Assembly: GCA_965205025.1 (NCBI GenBank) | Contig: CBDBFU010000007.1 | Span: 128,001-192,000, forward strand | DNA from: Candidatus Poribacteria bacterium | GTDB taxonomy: Bacteria > Poribacteria > WGA-4E > WGA-3G | Direction of reading: 5' to 3' | DNA length: 64,000 bases | Shown: positions 10,620-20,367 of the stretch, one piece after another | How the letters are laid out: every line of letters starts with the position of its first letter | Numbering within the stretch: position 1 is the first letter of the stretch | Notes under the pieces: model-generated | The model's input: the letters and a program-made list of their open reading frames with translations, nothing else | What the model was told of the DNA's origin: nothing | The model's database searches: none | Translations under genes and position numbers: made by a program

Positions 10620-10880
10620 TAGAAGTTTAGGAATAATTAGTAAGCAAAGTGTTAGTTGCACTGAGACCTACTAAATTAGCTGACAGTATAGTATTATCCA
10701 CATTTACTACATACTTTATCATCAGACGCTGATAAAGCATCAAAACATTTGATGACTTTGTAAATTTATCCAGGACTTACGCAGTTTTAAATATTGCGTA
10801 ATGTGAATATTGCGTAATGTGCGGGAAATCTGTGAGTTTTTCATCTGACCACATTCAAAATATCAACGCTTCTGCAATAT

Positions 10881-11288
10881 TTAAACGACTTTGTATGCTA
10901 TTTTGATGTTTTGTGCCCGTAAGAACTCACATATATCTTCAATGGGTTGTAGAAACTGCTTTGTAATAATAAATAAGCGTAGATGTTTAGAGTAATCTTT
11001 TGATACTGTTTTATGTTTATAATACTTCATGTAACCAATGGCACAATCTAACACTTGTCCTACAGATTCGCGAATTCTGTCATTCGGATGATCACCAATC
11101 TTGTTTTTAACTTCGACGATTACAATTGAACCTTTGGAATCCTTCCCTACTAAATCGGGTTTTACATGTTTTCTACTATTATATGTTCTTGGAATATGTG
11201 TTACAGAATCATCCCAACAAATATCAGGATACCATCTGTTAATATTATACTTAACTTCGTTTAGATATTTATCATGTACTTCACTCAT
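10881..11288 (-). CDS. PD-(D/E)XK nuclease domain protein (NucS C-terminal-like)
   Basis: KPDLVGKD...IVIVEVK...ESVGQV motifs. Confidence 0.7.
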   Translation of the reverse strand: MSEVHDKYLNEVKYNINRWYPDICWDDSVTHIPRTYNSRKHVKPDLVGKDSKGSIVIVEVKNKIGDHPNDRIRESVGQVLDCAIGYMKYYKHKTVSKDYSKHLRLFIITKQFLQPIEDICEFLRAQNIKIAYKVV

Positions 11289-11338
11289 ACTTACATAATC
11301 CTTTTTATAAGGGTTTATGCATTTCCTCTTTGTCTATA

Positions 11339-11439
11339 GCCCCAGCGGGGCGAAAGGTGTGTAGAAACGCCATAACTCCCAAAGTCCAAGCCCCAGCGGG
11401 GCGAAAGGTGTGTCGCTTAAAATTGTCCAAACTATAGTA
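11339..11439. repeat. REP pair (GCCCCAGCGGGGCGAAA) plus MITE end AATTGTCCAAACTATAGTA
   Basis: Closely matches 62894-62995. Confidence 0.75.
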
Positions 11440-11443
11440 GTAA

Positions 11444-12856
11444 TTACAACACATCTCTTACAGCGTGGGGTAATTTAGGTAATACGTCGTTATAGTAATC
11501 TTGAATCTGGTATATCTGTAAACGTGGGGCAGTGAATTCGTAACTGGGATGCTCATACATTCCAGATTTTGCTGCCTCTGCTTCCATTCCAGGAGAGGGT
11601 GGTGTCGTAACCAAAAATACACCCATCTCTGCCTCTTCATTCTCCATTGCAGTTCGGAAATCACGGATTTGTCCGAGTGTGTATGTTCCGGCTTTTATCT
11701 GTGCAACCACTGTTCCATAAGCCTGTCTACCTTGTTCTCTACCTAATGGAAATCTCATAGTTCCGTCAATGCCACCATCACCACCTCGTCTTACATTGGC
11801 TTTGAATTTCAGCGCGTGTGTAACAGTCCACTGTTCGAAACCATGTGGCTCGGTTCGTGCAAGTTCTAATGCTTGTTCCAGACTTTCTGGTGTACCTGCA
11901 AGTGTGATTAGGTTTTGTAATTGCGGGAGATACTTCTCTATTTGGAGTTTTACTGCACCTGTAGCAAGATAGGTTAAATCAATTCCGATCCAATGCCTTC
12001 CCAGTTCTTCAGCTGCCATGAGCGTTGTTCCACATCCACAGAATGGGTCAAGAACGAAGTCATCTTTGTTTGATGAGGCAGCGACGATCCGTTTGTAGAG
12101 TTCTAACGGTTTTTGTGTGGGGTAGCCAGTGCGTTCCTTAGATGATGGCATAATAGGTTGCATTACCCACCAGTCTTCAGGATGTTTTCCTTTTTCGTTC
12201 ATATCGTAGTTGTCATAAACTCTGTCCCCTCTGAATGCTTTTGCCGTGTATCTTAACCTTTCTTGGCTCTCTTGTGAATAAGGCATTCTAATGTCGTCAA
12301 CATTAAAAGTCATATCTTTGGATTGGGAGTATCTAAAAATAATATCGTGCTTTCTTGAGAAATCATTTTTTGGAACTCCACCACCCCTATAACACCAGAT
12401 TATCTCATTTCTAAAATGCATCGCTCCAAACACAGAATCCAAGATAATTTTGAGATAGTGGCTTGCTGTTGGATCGCAATGGAGGTATAGGCTACCGGTT
12501 GGCTTGAGTATCCTGTGCATTTCTACAATTCTTATTGCCATCATGACAAGATATGCCATCATTGGTGTTTCGTTTAGAAATTTGCGTAATCCCTCAATAG
12601 TATCCCCTACCTGTCCACCAACACCAACAACCAATTCATCGTATGTAATTTCAGCTTCAGTCCCCCAGTTCCATGTGTCAGTAAATGCTTTAACCAAGAC
12701 ATCGGGTTGACGTCCCTGTTCGTCCCGGTATGGTACAAAATAGTCGCGTTTGGAATTGAAGGGTGGGTCGGTTGCAATGAGATCTATACATTCGTCAGGG
12801 AAGTTTCGCATTTCGGTGAGGTTATCACCACGTATTAGTGTTCGGTTTGGGTGCAT
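11444..12856 (-). CDS. N4/N6 DNA methyltransferase (beta arrangement) fused to a C-terminal Mrr-like restriction endonuclease domain
   Basis: IATDPPF before LDPFCGCGTT; YPTQKP; C-terminal FEQW...DGGIDG...AQIK. Confidence 0.88.
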   Translation of the reverse strand: MHPNRTLIRGDNLTEMRNFPDECIDLIATDPPFNSKRDYFVPYRDEQGRQPDVLVKAFTDTWNWGTEAEITYDELVVGVGGQVGDTIEGLRKFLNETPMMAYLVMMAIRIVEMHRILKPTGSLYLHCDPTASHYLKIILDSVFGAMHFRNEIIWCYRGGGVPKNDFSRKHDIIFRYSQSKDMTFNVDDIRMPYSQESQERLRYTAKAFRGDRVYDNYDMNEKGKHPEDWWVMQPIMPSSKERTGYPTQKPLELYKRIVAASSNKDDFVLDPFCGCGTTLMAAEELGRHWIGIDLTYLATGAVKLQIEKYLPQLQNLITLAGTPESLEQALELARTEPHGFEQWTVTHALKFKANVRRGGDGGIDGTMRFPLGREQGRQAYGTVVAQIKAGTYTLGQIRDFRTAMENEEAEMGVFLVTTPPSPGMEAEAAKSGMYEHPSYEFTAPRLQIYQIQDYYNDVLPKLPHAVRDVL

Positions 12857-13252
12857 CTACGTTATCCTTCGGAATCTGGAAGTTTTCTACTTATTAATAC
12901 TGTCTTTATTTCTTGTAAGTTATCGTTAATTTGATTCAATGATTTCGACTTACTTTCAATAAGATTGTTATTATACCACAATCTTGTTTTAGAGAGTGGC
13001 CTGAATTTCCGATGGCAGTACAATGCTTTAATATTTAATATAGCACAAATCATGTATACATGTTAGAATACTTCTATTAGGTTATGTGAGGTGTCCCTTG
13101 GATAACACGAAAGCACCCAACAAGATAAAGAACATTATTTAGCTCGTTATACGTGGTATGCTAAGGCATCAAAAAACTATTTCTTAATATTTTTTATTGT
13201 TGTCATTGGATATATCCTATACTTAATATTTTTTGTTTCCGGACAACCTTCT

Positions 13253-13573
13253 TTGGGTATCATCACAACGTTATTCAATAATAGTCCGAAAATCTTTGTG
13301 ACTTTAACCTTAATCATTACATTTTTGGAAGGCGGAGGTGTTATTGTGTTCTTGTTTCGTTTACTCTGGGAAGAGAGAAAAAGAAAAAATCAGGAAGCGC
13401 GCGATAAAGAAAAATTAGAAATTATCCAACCATTTTTAGATTGGGATAGACAAAGACGAGCAGCTGAAGCACGAGGGGAGATATTCACTGAACCAATGCC
13501 GTCGGCTGCTGATTTCAATATCAATATTCCCATAACTACGCAGGACTCTCAAATAGATAATAATCCAGTGTGA
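13253..13573 (+). CDS. Hypothetical membrane protein; the frame is open back to about 13106, so the true start may be lost to a frameshift
   Basis: Hydrophobic segments followed by a charged tail ending GEIFTEPMP. Confidence 0.45.
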   Translation: MGIITTLFNNSPKIFVTLTLIITFLEGGGVIVFLFRLLWEERKRKNQEARDKEKLEIIQPFLDWDRQRRAAEARGEIFTEPMPSAADFNINIPITTQDSQIDNNPV

Positions 13574-13579
13574 TAAACT

Positions 13580-13895
13580 ATGTTTGTGAAAACACAATTT
13601 GAAAAGATTGTAAACCTTACTCATCATTCTACAATTGAAATAGATTTTAGTCTGCCAATCCATGGACATCATTTTCATCAAATATGGGCATGGGTAGAAA
13701 CGCCTGGATCGTAGAAGTAGCAAACAGACACTTGCCCAATGGAAAGCTGACATCAATGATCAAATAAAGGATATTGAAGCAAAGCAGGCAACAAAAGTTT
13801 TTGACGAAATATTCAACCGTCTATTTGCTGGCGACAACGCTTTTGATTTGAAAGCATATATTAACAATTTATCTAACGATCCATCCTCTTTCTGA
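13580..13895 (+). pseudogene. Small hypothetical gene broken by a single +1 indel near 13707
   Basis: MFVKTQFEKIVNL...WVETP continues in another frame as DRRSSKQTLAQW...VFDEIFNRLFAGDNAFDL to TGA. Confidence 0.45.
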
Positions 13896-14161
13896 TTATG
13901 TAATGCTGGCAGCGAAATCCGATGCCAGCACTCTCAATCCGATATAACATACCCTAACCTAAGATTCCGAAGTTGTTAGTATGCGCTTGAGTTTAGCATA
14001 TTCTGTTTCGCATGCTTCTTTCGTACCTTGGAACAGAATATAAGGGTCTTCACCTCCGCTTGCTCTCCAAGCATGGATTTCGTATTCATCCTCAGTTCGT
14101 AGCATCTCAAAATGTTTTATTGAATTTCTCCTTTTCCTCTGGAGTCATATCATCAGTAAAG

Positions 14162-14440
14162 TCAAGCGAGGTAACATTCAACTAATACGTCTTTAACATA
14201 ACCTGTGTCAGTTATTCCACCAACAGGTATTATGGCGTTATACTCCTGCCAGTGTTGGCTATATGGGGATGTCACTTTTACAGGTATCTCAGGAGGTAAC
14301 GTGCCTTCTTCCACATATCTTTGTTTATTCTGTTCGGTATTCTCAATTGCCACCTTTGGTGTTTTCCATACACGATTAAGTCTTACTCTGCATTCTATTG
14401 GAACCTTGGACTTTCTTAGGTTACGACCTGCCTCCAACAT
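14162..14440 (-). CDS. Hypothetical protein
   Basis: 92-aa ORF with plausible composition; no motif recognised. Confidence 0.35.
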   Translation of the reverse strand: MLEAGRNLRKSKVPIECRVRLNRVWKTPKVAIENTEQNKQRYVEEGTLPPEIPVKVTSPYSQHWQEYNAIIPVGGITDTGYVKDVLVECYLA

Positions 14441-15190
14441 ATTTTGAAAAATTCAACTAAAACACAACAACCAAAAAATAATTGAAGAATTATTTGAAGA
14501 AAACCAAACCATAATACAACTAAAGATATAATATTGTAGAGATTCTCATAACATATTACTAATATCAGTAAATAAAATAAAACAATATGTCACAATATAT
14601 AATTTTTTGCTTGACATATACATCTTATTATGTTACTATATATATCACATTAAAAGTATTCCTGAAATGTATTCACGAAACTTTTACAACTGTTGTAAAA
14701 AAAGAAATTAAAATCTCATACTCTTACAAACCTATACCAGAACAGGGATAGAACACTTCAAACAAGAACAGAGTATGAATTTTCTAAAAAAAATAAAAAA
14801 AATGGCGATTTCTCAGGTATATCTATAAACCCTTTCTGGGACTGATTTTAGACCAGTTTTAATTCTGGAATTTAAAAAATGTGTTGTAAAAATAATAATA
14901 CTAAGTTTACACAATTTGTAACGTGGAGGAAAAATGTGAATATTCTTGTAAGTGGACTATTCGTTCTCTGTTACCGCGGAGAAAACAGATGGCATTTTAT
15001 AGAATTTACACACATAACCAAGCAACAAACACACCTAAGAATCCGTCTAAATTTACCTATATGAAATGTCATATTGAACAAGGTCAACGAAATGAAAAAA
15101 GGACAAATTTGGAATTTATTAATTTTTCAATTTAGAACGCTATAAAGTCAGTCTATAACAGGGGTTACAGGGTAATTTTACACCAATTTC

Positions 15191-15225
15191 AATGTCACAC
15201 CGTGTGACAAAAAGTGTAACTTTTT
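15191..15225 (-). repeat. Inverted copy of the element B palindromic motif
   Basis: 33/35 identical to the reverse complement of 7321-7355; both differences are in the 3-nt spacer. Confidence 0.8.
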
Positions 15226-15547
15226 CGACTTATGAGTAGAATCGAGAAAACAATAAATTCACCTTATATGTATATTTTGAAACCGCACTACCTGACAAGT
15301 GTGTAATCTCTAATAAGAATATACGAACTTAACAAGTTGATTGATGAAAAGGATCAACCTATATGACCTAAAATGTGTTGCGAATCGCAGGTTAAGGCAG
15401 TATAATAGGAATACCGAAGAGGGATTTTAGATATAAGTTCTTGTTTGAGAATATTGATACTTTCAGGTTGGATATTTTTGCTCAGGTATTCTTATTATAA
15501 TAGATGATATAAACAATCTATCATATATAAATCAAAAACAATACTTT

Positions 15548-15769
15548 TACTAAACTTTGGACAATTTAAAGATACACATTTCGCCCCGCTGGGGCTTGGA
15601 GCTTGGGGGGTATGGCGTTTCTATAGACATTTCGCCCCGCTGGGGCTGCGTTTTGGTGTATCCGAGTTTATTTTTCTCCGAGTTGGATCGTTGTGAGAAA
15701 CATTGAGAAAAATCAGAAACGCTTTGAAAAGAGGTTATGTATCTCACAGAAATTGTCCAAACTTTAGTA
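15548..15769. mobile_element. MITE with TACTAAACTTTGGACAATTT / AAATTGTCCAAACTTTAGTA terminal inverted repeats and two CGCCCCGCTGGGGC REPs
   Basis: About 20-bp TIRs; the same end recurs at 11439, 59260 and 62995. Confidence 0.8.
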
Positions 15770-15819
15770 CTTTCAGTAAAGTGTGAATAATAAAAAGAGG
15801 GCCGACAAAGGAGATTACG

Positions 15820-16780
15820 ATGGCGAATATAAGAATCCCTAAAGGATGGGAAATACCTGAAAATCAGGTGACTCCTGAATCAACATATATAAATCGAAGA
15901 AAATTCATCAAAAATCTTGGCATAGTAGGGGCAGGCACATTATCTCTTTTTGGTACACCCGCTTGTGCTCAAAATAGGGGTGTTGCCAAGCAACTGGAAG
16001 AATATAAGAAACATACTCTTAACGCAGAAAAGAACACAAACTATACCGTCACCCGTCCACAGACAGATGAAATTACTGCCGCAACATATAATAACTATTA
16101 TGAATTCACAAGTTCAAAAACCACTGTTTGGAAAAGAGTAGAAAAGTTTGAAACGCGTCCCTGGGAAATTGAGATATCTGGACTGGTTGAAAATCCGATG
16201 ACGTTAGATGTAGATGAATTAATTAAACAAATGCCACTTGAAGAACGGATCTATCGTTTTCGTTGTGTTGAAACGTGGGCAATGGTTGTGCCGTGGATTG
16301 GGTTTCCAATGAAAGCACTTATTGACAAAGTTCAACCGAAATCTTCCGCTAAATACGTCGAGATGTTAACTTTCCTTGATCCTGATATTGCTCCCCAACA
16401 AAGAAATGCTCGTATGCCGTGGCCCTATTTGGAAGGATTGACGATTGACGAAGCAATGAATGAGCTAACGCTTTTAGTTGTAGGGATCTATGGACATATC
16501 TTACCGCCACAACACGGTGCTCCTATACGATAATTGTACCATGGAAATACGGCTTTAAGAGTATCAAATCTATAGTTAGCATAGAGTTTACGAACAAGAA
16601 ACCTCGTAATTTCTGGAATCGTTTATTACCAAGGAGAATACGGTTTTGAAGCAAATGTTAACCCTAACGTTCCACATCCCACGTTGGTCGCAAGCTATGG
16701 AATGGATGATCGGTTCAAGAGACAGATACCCCACTAAAATCTATAATGGCTATGGTGAGAGTGTTGCACATCTTTACTAA
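15820..16780 (+). pseudogene. msrP: Protein-methionine-sulfoxide reductase catalytic subunit MsrP, three apparent indels in the 3' part
   Basis: Tat motif NRRKFIK; YNNYYEF; RFRCVETWAMV; HGAPIR. After the stop at 16533, [24 protein letters not shown] and RWSQ...YNGYGE...HLY* can be read across frameshifts. Confidence 0.85.
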
Positions 16781-16795
16781 GAACAAATTCCAAAG

Positions 16796-16945
16796 TATAG
16801 TGAACAATAAAATTAATACAACATTTTCTGTTGGCTCAACTTACGTTTGCGTCCCACATCTCTTCTGTAGGAACAACCTCTTGGTCGCGACCGGGAGGTC
16901 GCTCCTACAAGTAAAGTGTCTAAATTAAATCTAATGTTTATTATA
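16796..16945. mobile_element. GTAG-REP MITE, copy 2
   Basis: Matches 6772-6924. Confidence 0.72.
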
Positions 16946-16951
16946 TATCCA

Positions 16952-18202
16952 ATGAGTTTAACAGTTATCTATAAAGTATGTGTCTTCGTTATCATATCTG
17001 GAATGATATTATCCACTATAAGTGGTTGTAAACGCGATCCAGATTTACCAAATGATGTGTTATTGGATGGACCAATTGATCCAAATATCGTTGAAGCTAA
17101 TACCAAATTTGGTTTTAATTTGTTCAATGAGATTCTCAAAACAGAACAAGATTCAAATGTATTCATATCCCCATTTAGTATTTCTGTTGCTGTCGCTATG
17201 GCACTAAACGGAGCAGCAGGAGATACAGAGCAAGGAATGATTAACACACTTCAGATACAGAATATTGACCCAGAAGATATCAATCAAGGTTATGCAATAC
17301 TTCAAAAAAACCTTCAAACATCTGACTCTAAAGTTACGCTAACAATTGCAAATTCGCTGTGGGGTAACCAAGATTTTTCGTTTGATTCTGACTATCTTCA
17401 ACGCAATACCCAATTCTTTGATGCTGAAATAACTTCACTGGATTTTATGGATCCAGGTTCTGTGAATACTATTAATCATTGGGTCAATAATAAAACGAAC
17501 GGAAAAATACCAGAGATTATAGATAAGATTTCTTCAGATGATGTGTTATTCCTTATCAATGCAATCTATTTTAAAGGGAGTTGGCAGACCGAATTTGATC
17601 CTGCTAACACACGGGACGCTATGTTTCATTTAGTTGATGGCAGTAATAAACAGGTTCCAATGATGTTTAGAGAGGATAAATACCCGTTCTTTTACTCTAA
17701 AGAATTTCAGGCAGTCAGTCTGCCTTATGGTGATGGACAGGTAGCAATGTATATATTCTTACCATCGGTTGACTCAGATCTCAACACCTTCTTAGAAAGC
17801 TTGAATATAGAGAATTGGGAAGAATGGATTTCGCAGTTTAGGGAACAGAAAGTTGGGGTGCAAATTCCAAAGTTTAAACTGGAGTATAAAATTGAACTGA
17901 ATGAAATCCTGAAGAATCTGGGTATGGAAACTGCCTTCAATCGTACTCAAGCGGATTTCAGTCGAATGGTATCTACCGATACAACATTAACCGGTAATCT
18001 GTATATATCTAAAGTAGATCATAAAACTTTTGTAGAAGTTAACGAAGAAGGGACAGAAGCAGCAGCCGTGACAGGGATAGGTATTAGTGTTACATCGTTA
18101 CCTCCGCAGTTTATAGTTAACCGACCATTTTTCTTCGCAATTCGGGACAATGAATCAGGAACAATATTATTCATGGGTACGGTAGTAGATCCTTTGAAGT
18201 AA
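16952..18202 (+). CDS. Serpin family lipoprotein
   Basis: NVFISPFSI, LINAIYFKGSW, hinge VNEEGTEAAAVT, FIVNRPFFFAI; lipobox ISGC. Start moved to ATG 16952 because the 16916 start lies inside a MITE. Confidence 0.93.
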   Translation: MSLTVIYKVCVFVIISGMILSTISGCKRDPDLPNDVLLDGPIDPNIVEANTKFGFNLFNEILKTEQDSNVFISPFSISVAVAMALNGAAGDTEQGMINTLQIQNIDPEDINQGYAILQKNLQTSDSKVTLTIANSLWGNQDFSFDSDYLQRNTQFFDAEITSLDFMDPGSVNTINHWVNNKTNGKIPEIIDKISSDDVLFLINAIYFKGSWQTEFDPANTRDAMFHLVDGSNKQVPMMFREDKYPFFYSKEFQAVSLPYGDGQVAMYIFLPSVDSDLNTFLESLNIENWEEWISQFREQKVGVQIPKFKLEYKIELNEILKNLGMETAFNRTQADFSRMVSTDTTLTGNLYISKVDHKTFVEVNEEGTEAAAVTGIGISVTSLPPQFIVNRPFFFAIRDNESGTILFMGTVVDPLK

Positions 18203-18230
18203 ATTGGATTTGTTTAAGTTAACGTTGTAC

Positions 18231-18402
18231 TATAGGCGTCAATTTAAGGAGAAGTATGCTATAAATTTCAGGTCGGTAGGTTCGGTTTCCTAACCGAACC
18301 GGGTTTGTTCCAATTGCGTTCATAAAGTTTTTCGCGAAGGATCCAGTGCGATTAGGAAATCGCACCTACCGGCCTGGGAAAACCACTAAATTGACGCCCA
18401 TG
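18231..18402. mobile_element. 172-bp MITE with YATRGGCGTCAATTTA TIRs and an internal REP doublet, flanked by 19-bp direct repeats
   Basis: TIRs at 18231-18246 and 18387-18402; direct repeats GTTTAAGTTAACRTTGTAC at 18212-18230 and 18403-18421. Confidence 0.75.
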
Positions 18403-18431
18403 GTTTAAGTTAACATTGTACCTACAACAAT

Positions 18432-19385
18432 ATGTACACAGTGGTATATCTAAACAATTCTAAAACACTTAACATAATAAAGTATATTGTATTCATTCTA
18501 TTGCTGATAACACCTTTTTCTGGGTTGGCATCTTGGAAAACAGGGGAGAGTGAACATTTTCGTGTATACTATCAACATGGTGTTGTCGATTCTGCATCAA
18601 TTCTTCAAATCGCTGAAATCTTCTATGCAGAGGTTCCACGGATTACACGTTATATCTCAGATGAGAAAATAGAAATTAAAGTGTGCGATACTCCAAAGGA
18701 TTTTCAATCGGCTGTCCATGCACCAATTCAGGATTGGGCAGTTGGGTGTGCATTTCCTCTTAGTCGTAGAATCATTATCCAGAATCCAACTCAGATAACT
18801 CAGGCAAAACTTCAAGTGGCTCAAGTCCTACGTCATGAAATAGCACATATTCTTTTTGGACAATACACGCAGAAAGCAGGTAATGGCGTTCCATTATGGT
18901 TTATTGAAGGAATTGCAATCTATTTGGCAAAAGAATGGGTGCCAAGTCGTCATGAAACCCTATTAAAGCATGTTTTCTCAAAATCTATTATTCCACTACA
19001 GGAACTTACCAAAAAATTTCCTACCTTACATACAGGAGCGGATCTTGCTTATGCTCAGAGTCAAGATGCATTACGCTGGTTTGTTCAAGTAAACGGAATT
19101 GAAACCCTATGGACAGTCATTGATCGGTTACATCAAGGTATGAACCTTAATAGTGCTTTTGAAGCAGTATTAGGTTATAATCTCCAAGTGTTCGACAAAC
19201 TTTGGCAAGAATCTCTTCCACAACGGTATCATTGGGCGTCTTTTCTATCCAGTTCTTATGTCTTTTGGGGTGGTCTCGGTATCTTGTTTGTACTAAGTTA
19301 TTTTATTTGTTGGCATCGGAGACGAAGACAACTTAATCAACTTGCTGATCAGGAGAACACTGTTGATCCATTTTTCAGAGATTGA
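18432..19385 (+). CDS. Peptidase MA family metallohydrolase with a C-terminal membrane anchor
   Basis: SEHFRVYY, LRHEIAH, PLWFIEGIA, LAYAQS; C-terminal TM helix followed by RRRR. Confidence 0.8.
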   Translation: MYTVVYLNNSKTLNIIKYIVFILLLITPFSGLASWKTGESEHFRVYYQHGVVDSASILQIAEIFYAEVPRITRYISDEKIEIKVCDTPKDFQSAVHAPIQDWAVGCAFPLSRRIIIQNPTQITQAKLQVAQVLRHEIAHILFGQYTQKAGNGVPLWFIEGIAIYLAKEWVPSRHETLLKHVFSKSIIPLQELTKKFPTLHTGADLAYAQSQDALRWFVQVNGIETLWTVIDRLHQGMNLNSAFEAVLGYNLQVFDKLWQESLPQRYHWASFLSSSYVFWGGLGILFVLSYFICWHRRRRQLNQLADQENTVDPFFRD

Positions 19386-19388
19386 TAT

Positions 19389-20366
19389 ATGAATAGTACA
19401 TTAGTTATTGGAACAGTCATACTCACCTTTTTCACATTAAATATATCTGCCCAAACTAAAGATCTTACAGAATCTACAAATCAGATGTCCCGAGATGGAC
19501 ATGTAATCCTACTACCCGAACAAGGCATTGTCTATATTGTTTCAGATTTACATGCGCATTGGAATGATTTTAATCAATGGCTGGAACAAACTCGACTCAT
19601 AGAAAGAATTGAAGCAGGTGAGGATGTCTATGGTGTTATGCTGGGTGATTCAATAGATTATAAACCTACAGAACGTCCAAAACCCCCTTATGGGGATATA
19701 CAGATCGTCAATCGAGTCATCGAATTACAACAGCAACTTGGTGAAAAAGGGAAAAGGTTAATTTACATCCGAGGAAACCATGAGTATGCTGCAGCAGAGG
19801 CTTATGCTATGTTGAAGAGTGCTGGGATGACCGAGCTGAATCGTCCCGCTTATATACGAAAATTATACAACGGACCTACAGGAAGTTATTATAGACAGTT
19901 TAATTTCATTGAACGTATGAATGATACTCATTACGATTTTCTAATTAACCTACCAACTGTCGTAGTTGGCAAAAATGGTTTTGTTGCTGTTCATGCTGGT
20001 CCTGCACGATCTATAGGCAGTTTATCTGATCTTGTTAAACCGAGTCAAAAGACTCTTGATGCAATTCTTTGGGATCGTCCTAAAATTACACGTATTGGTG
20101 GATATACATTTGAACATACGAAGAATTTTCTCAAGGCAATCAACGGTAGGTTTCTTATTGTTGGACATACTCCCATAAGTTATTTCCCACCTGAGACTAT
20201 CAGGGATAGTGTGGCACGATTAGATGGGAAGCAGTTAATATTCTCCACTGGATATGGTGGACTTCGTGGCGGACAAACCTATATTGAGATAGATTTGTCC
20301 AAGACATACACCTCAGTTGATGAACTAACATCAGGTGTGAATATCCACCGACTCTACCCAAAATAA
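19389..20366 (+). CDS. Calcineurin-like metallophosphoesterase, probably secreted
   Basis: SDLH, LGDSID, RGNHE, VHAG, VGHT motifs; signal-like N-terminus. Confidence 0.85.
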   Translation: MNSTLVIGTVILTFFTLNISAQTKDLTESTNQMSRDGHVILLPEQGIVYIVSDLHAHWNDFNQWLEQTRLIERIEAGEDVYGVMLGDSIDYKPTERPKPPYGDIQIVNRVIELQQQLGEKGKRLIYIRGNHEYAAAEAYAMLKSAGMTELNRPAYIRKLYNGPTGSYYRQFNFIERMNDTHYDFLINLPTVVVGKNGFVAVHAGPARSIGSLSDLVKPSQKTLDAILWDRPKITRIGGYTFEHTKNFLKAINGRFLIVGHTPISYFPPETIRDSVARLDGKQLIFSTGYGGLRGGQTYIEIDLSKTYTSVDELTSGVNIHRLYPK

Positions 20367-20367
20367 A

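Noticed and set aside
7321-15225. Prophage or integron interpretation of the accessory segment
   Set aside because: No integrase, structural phage genes or attC-like sites were recognised.
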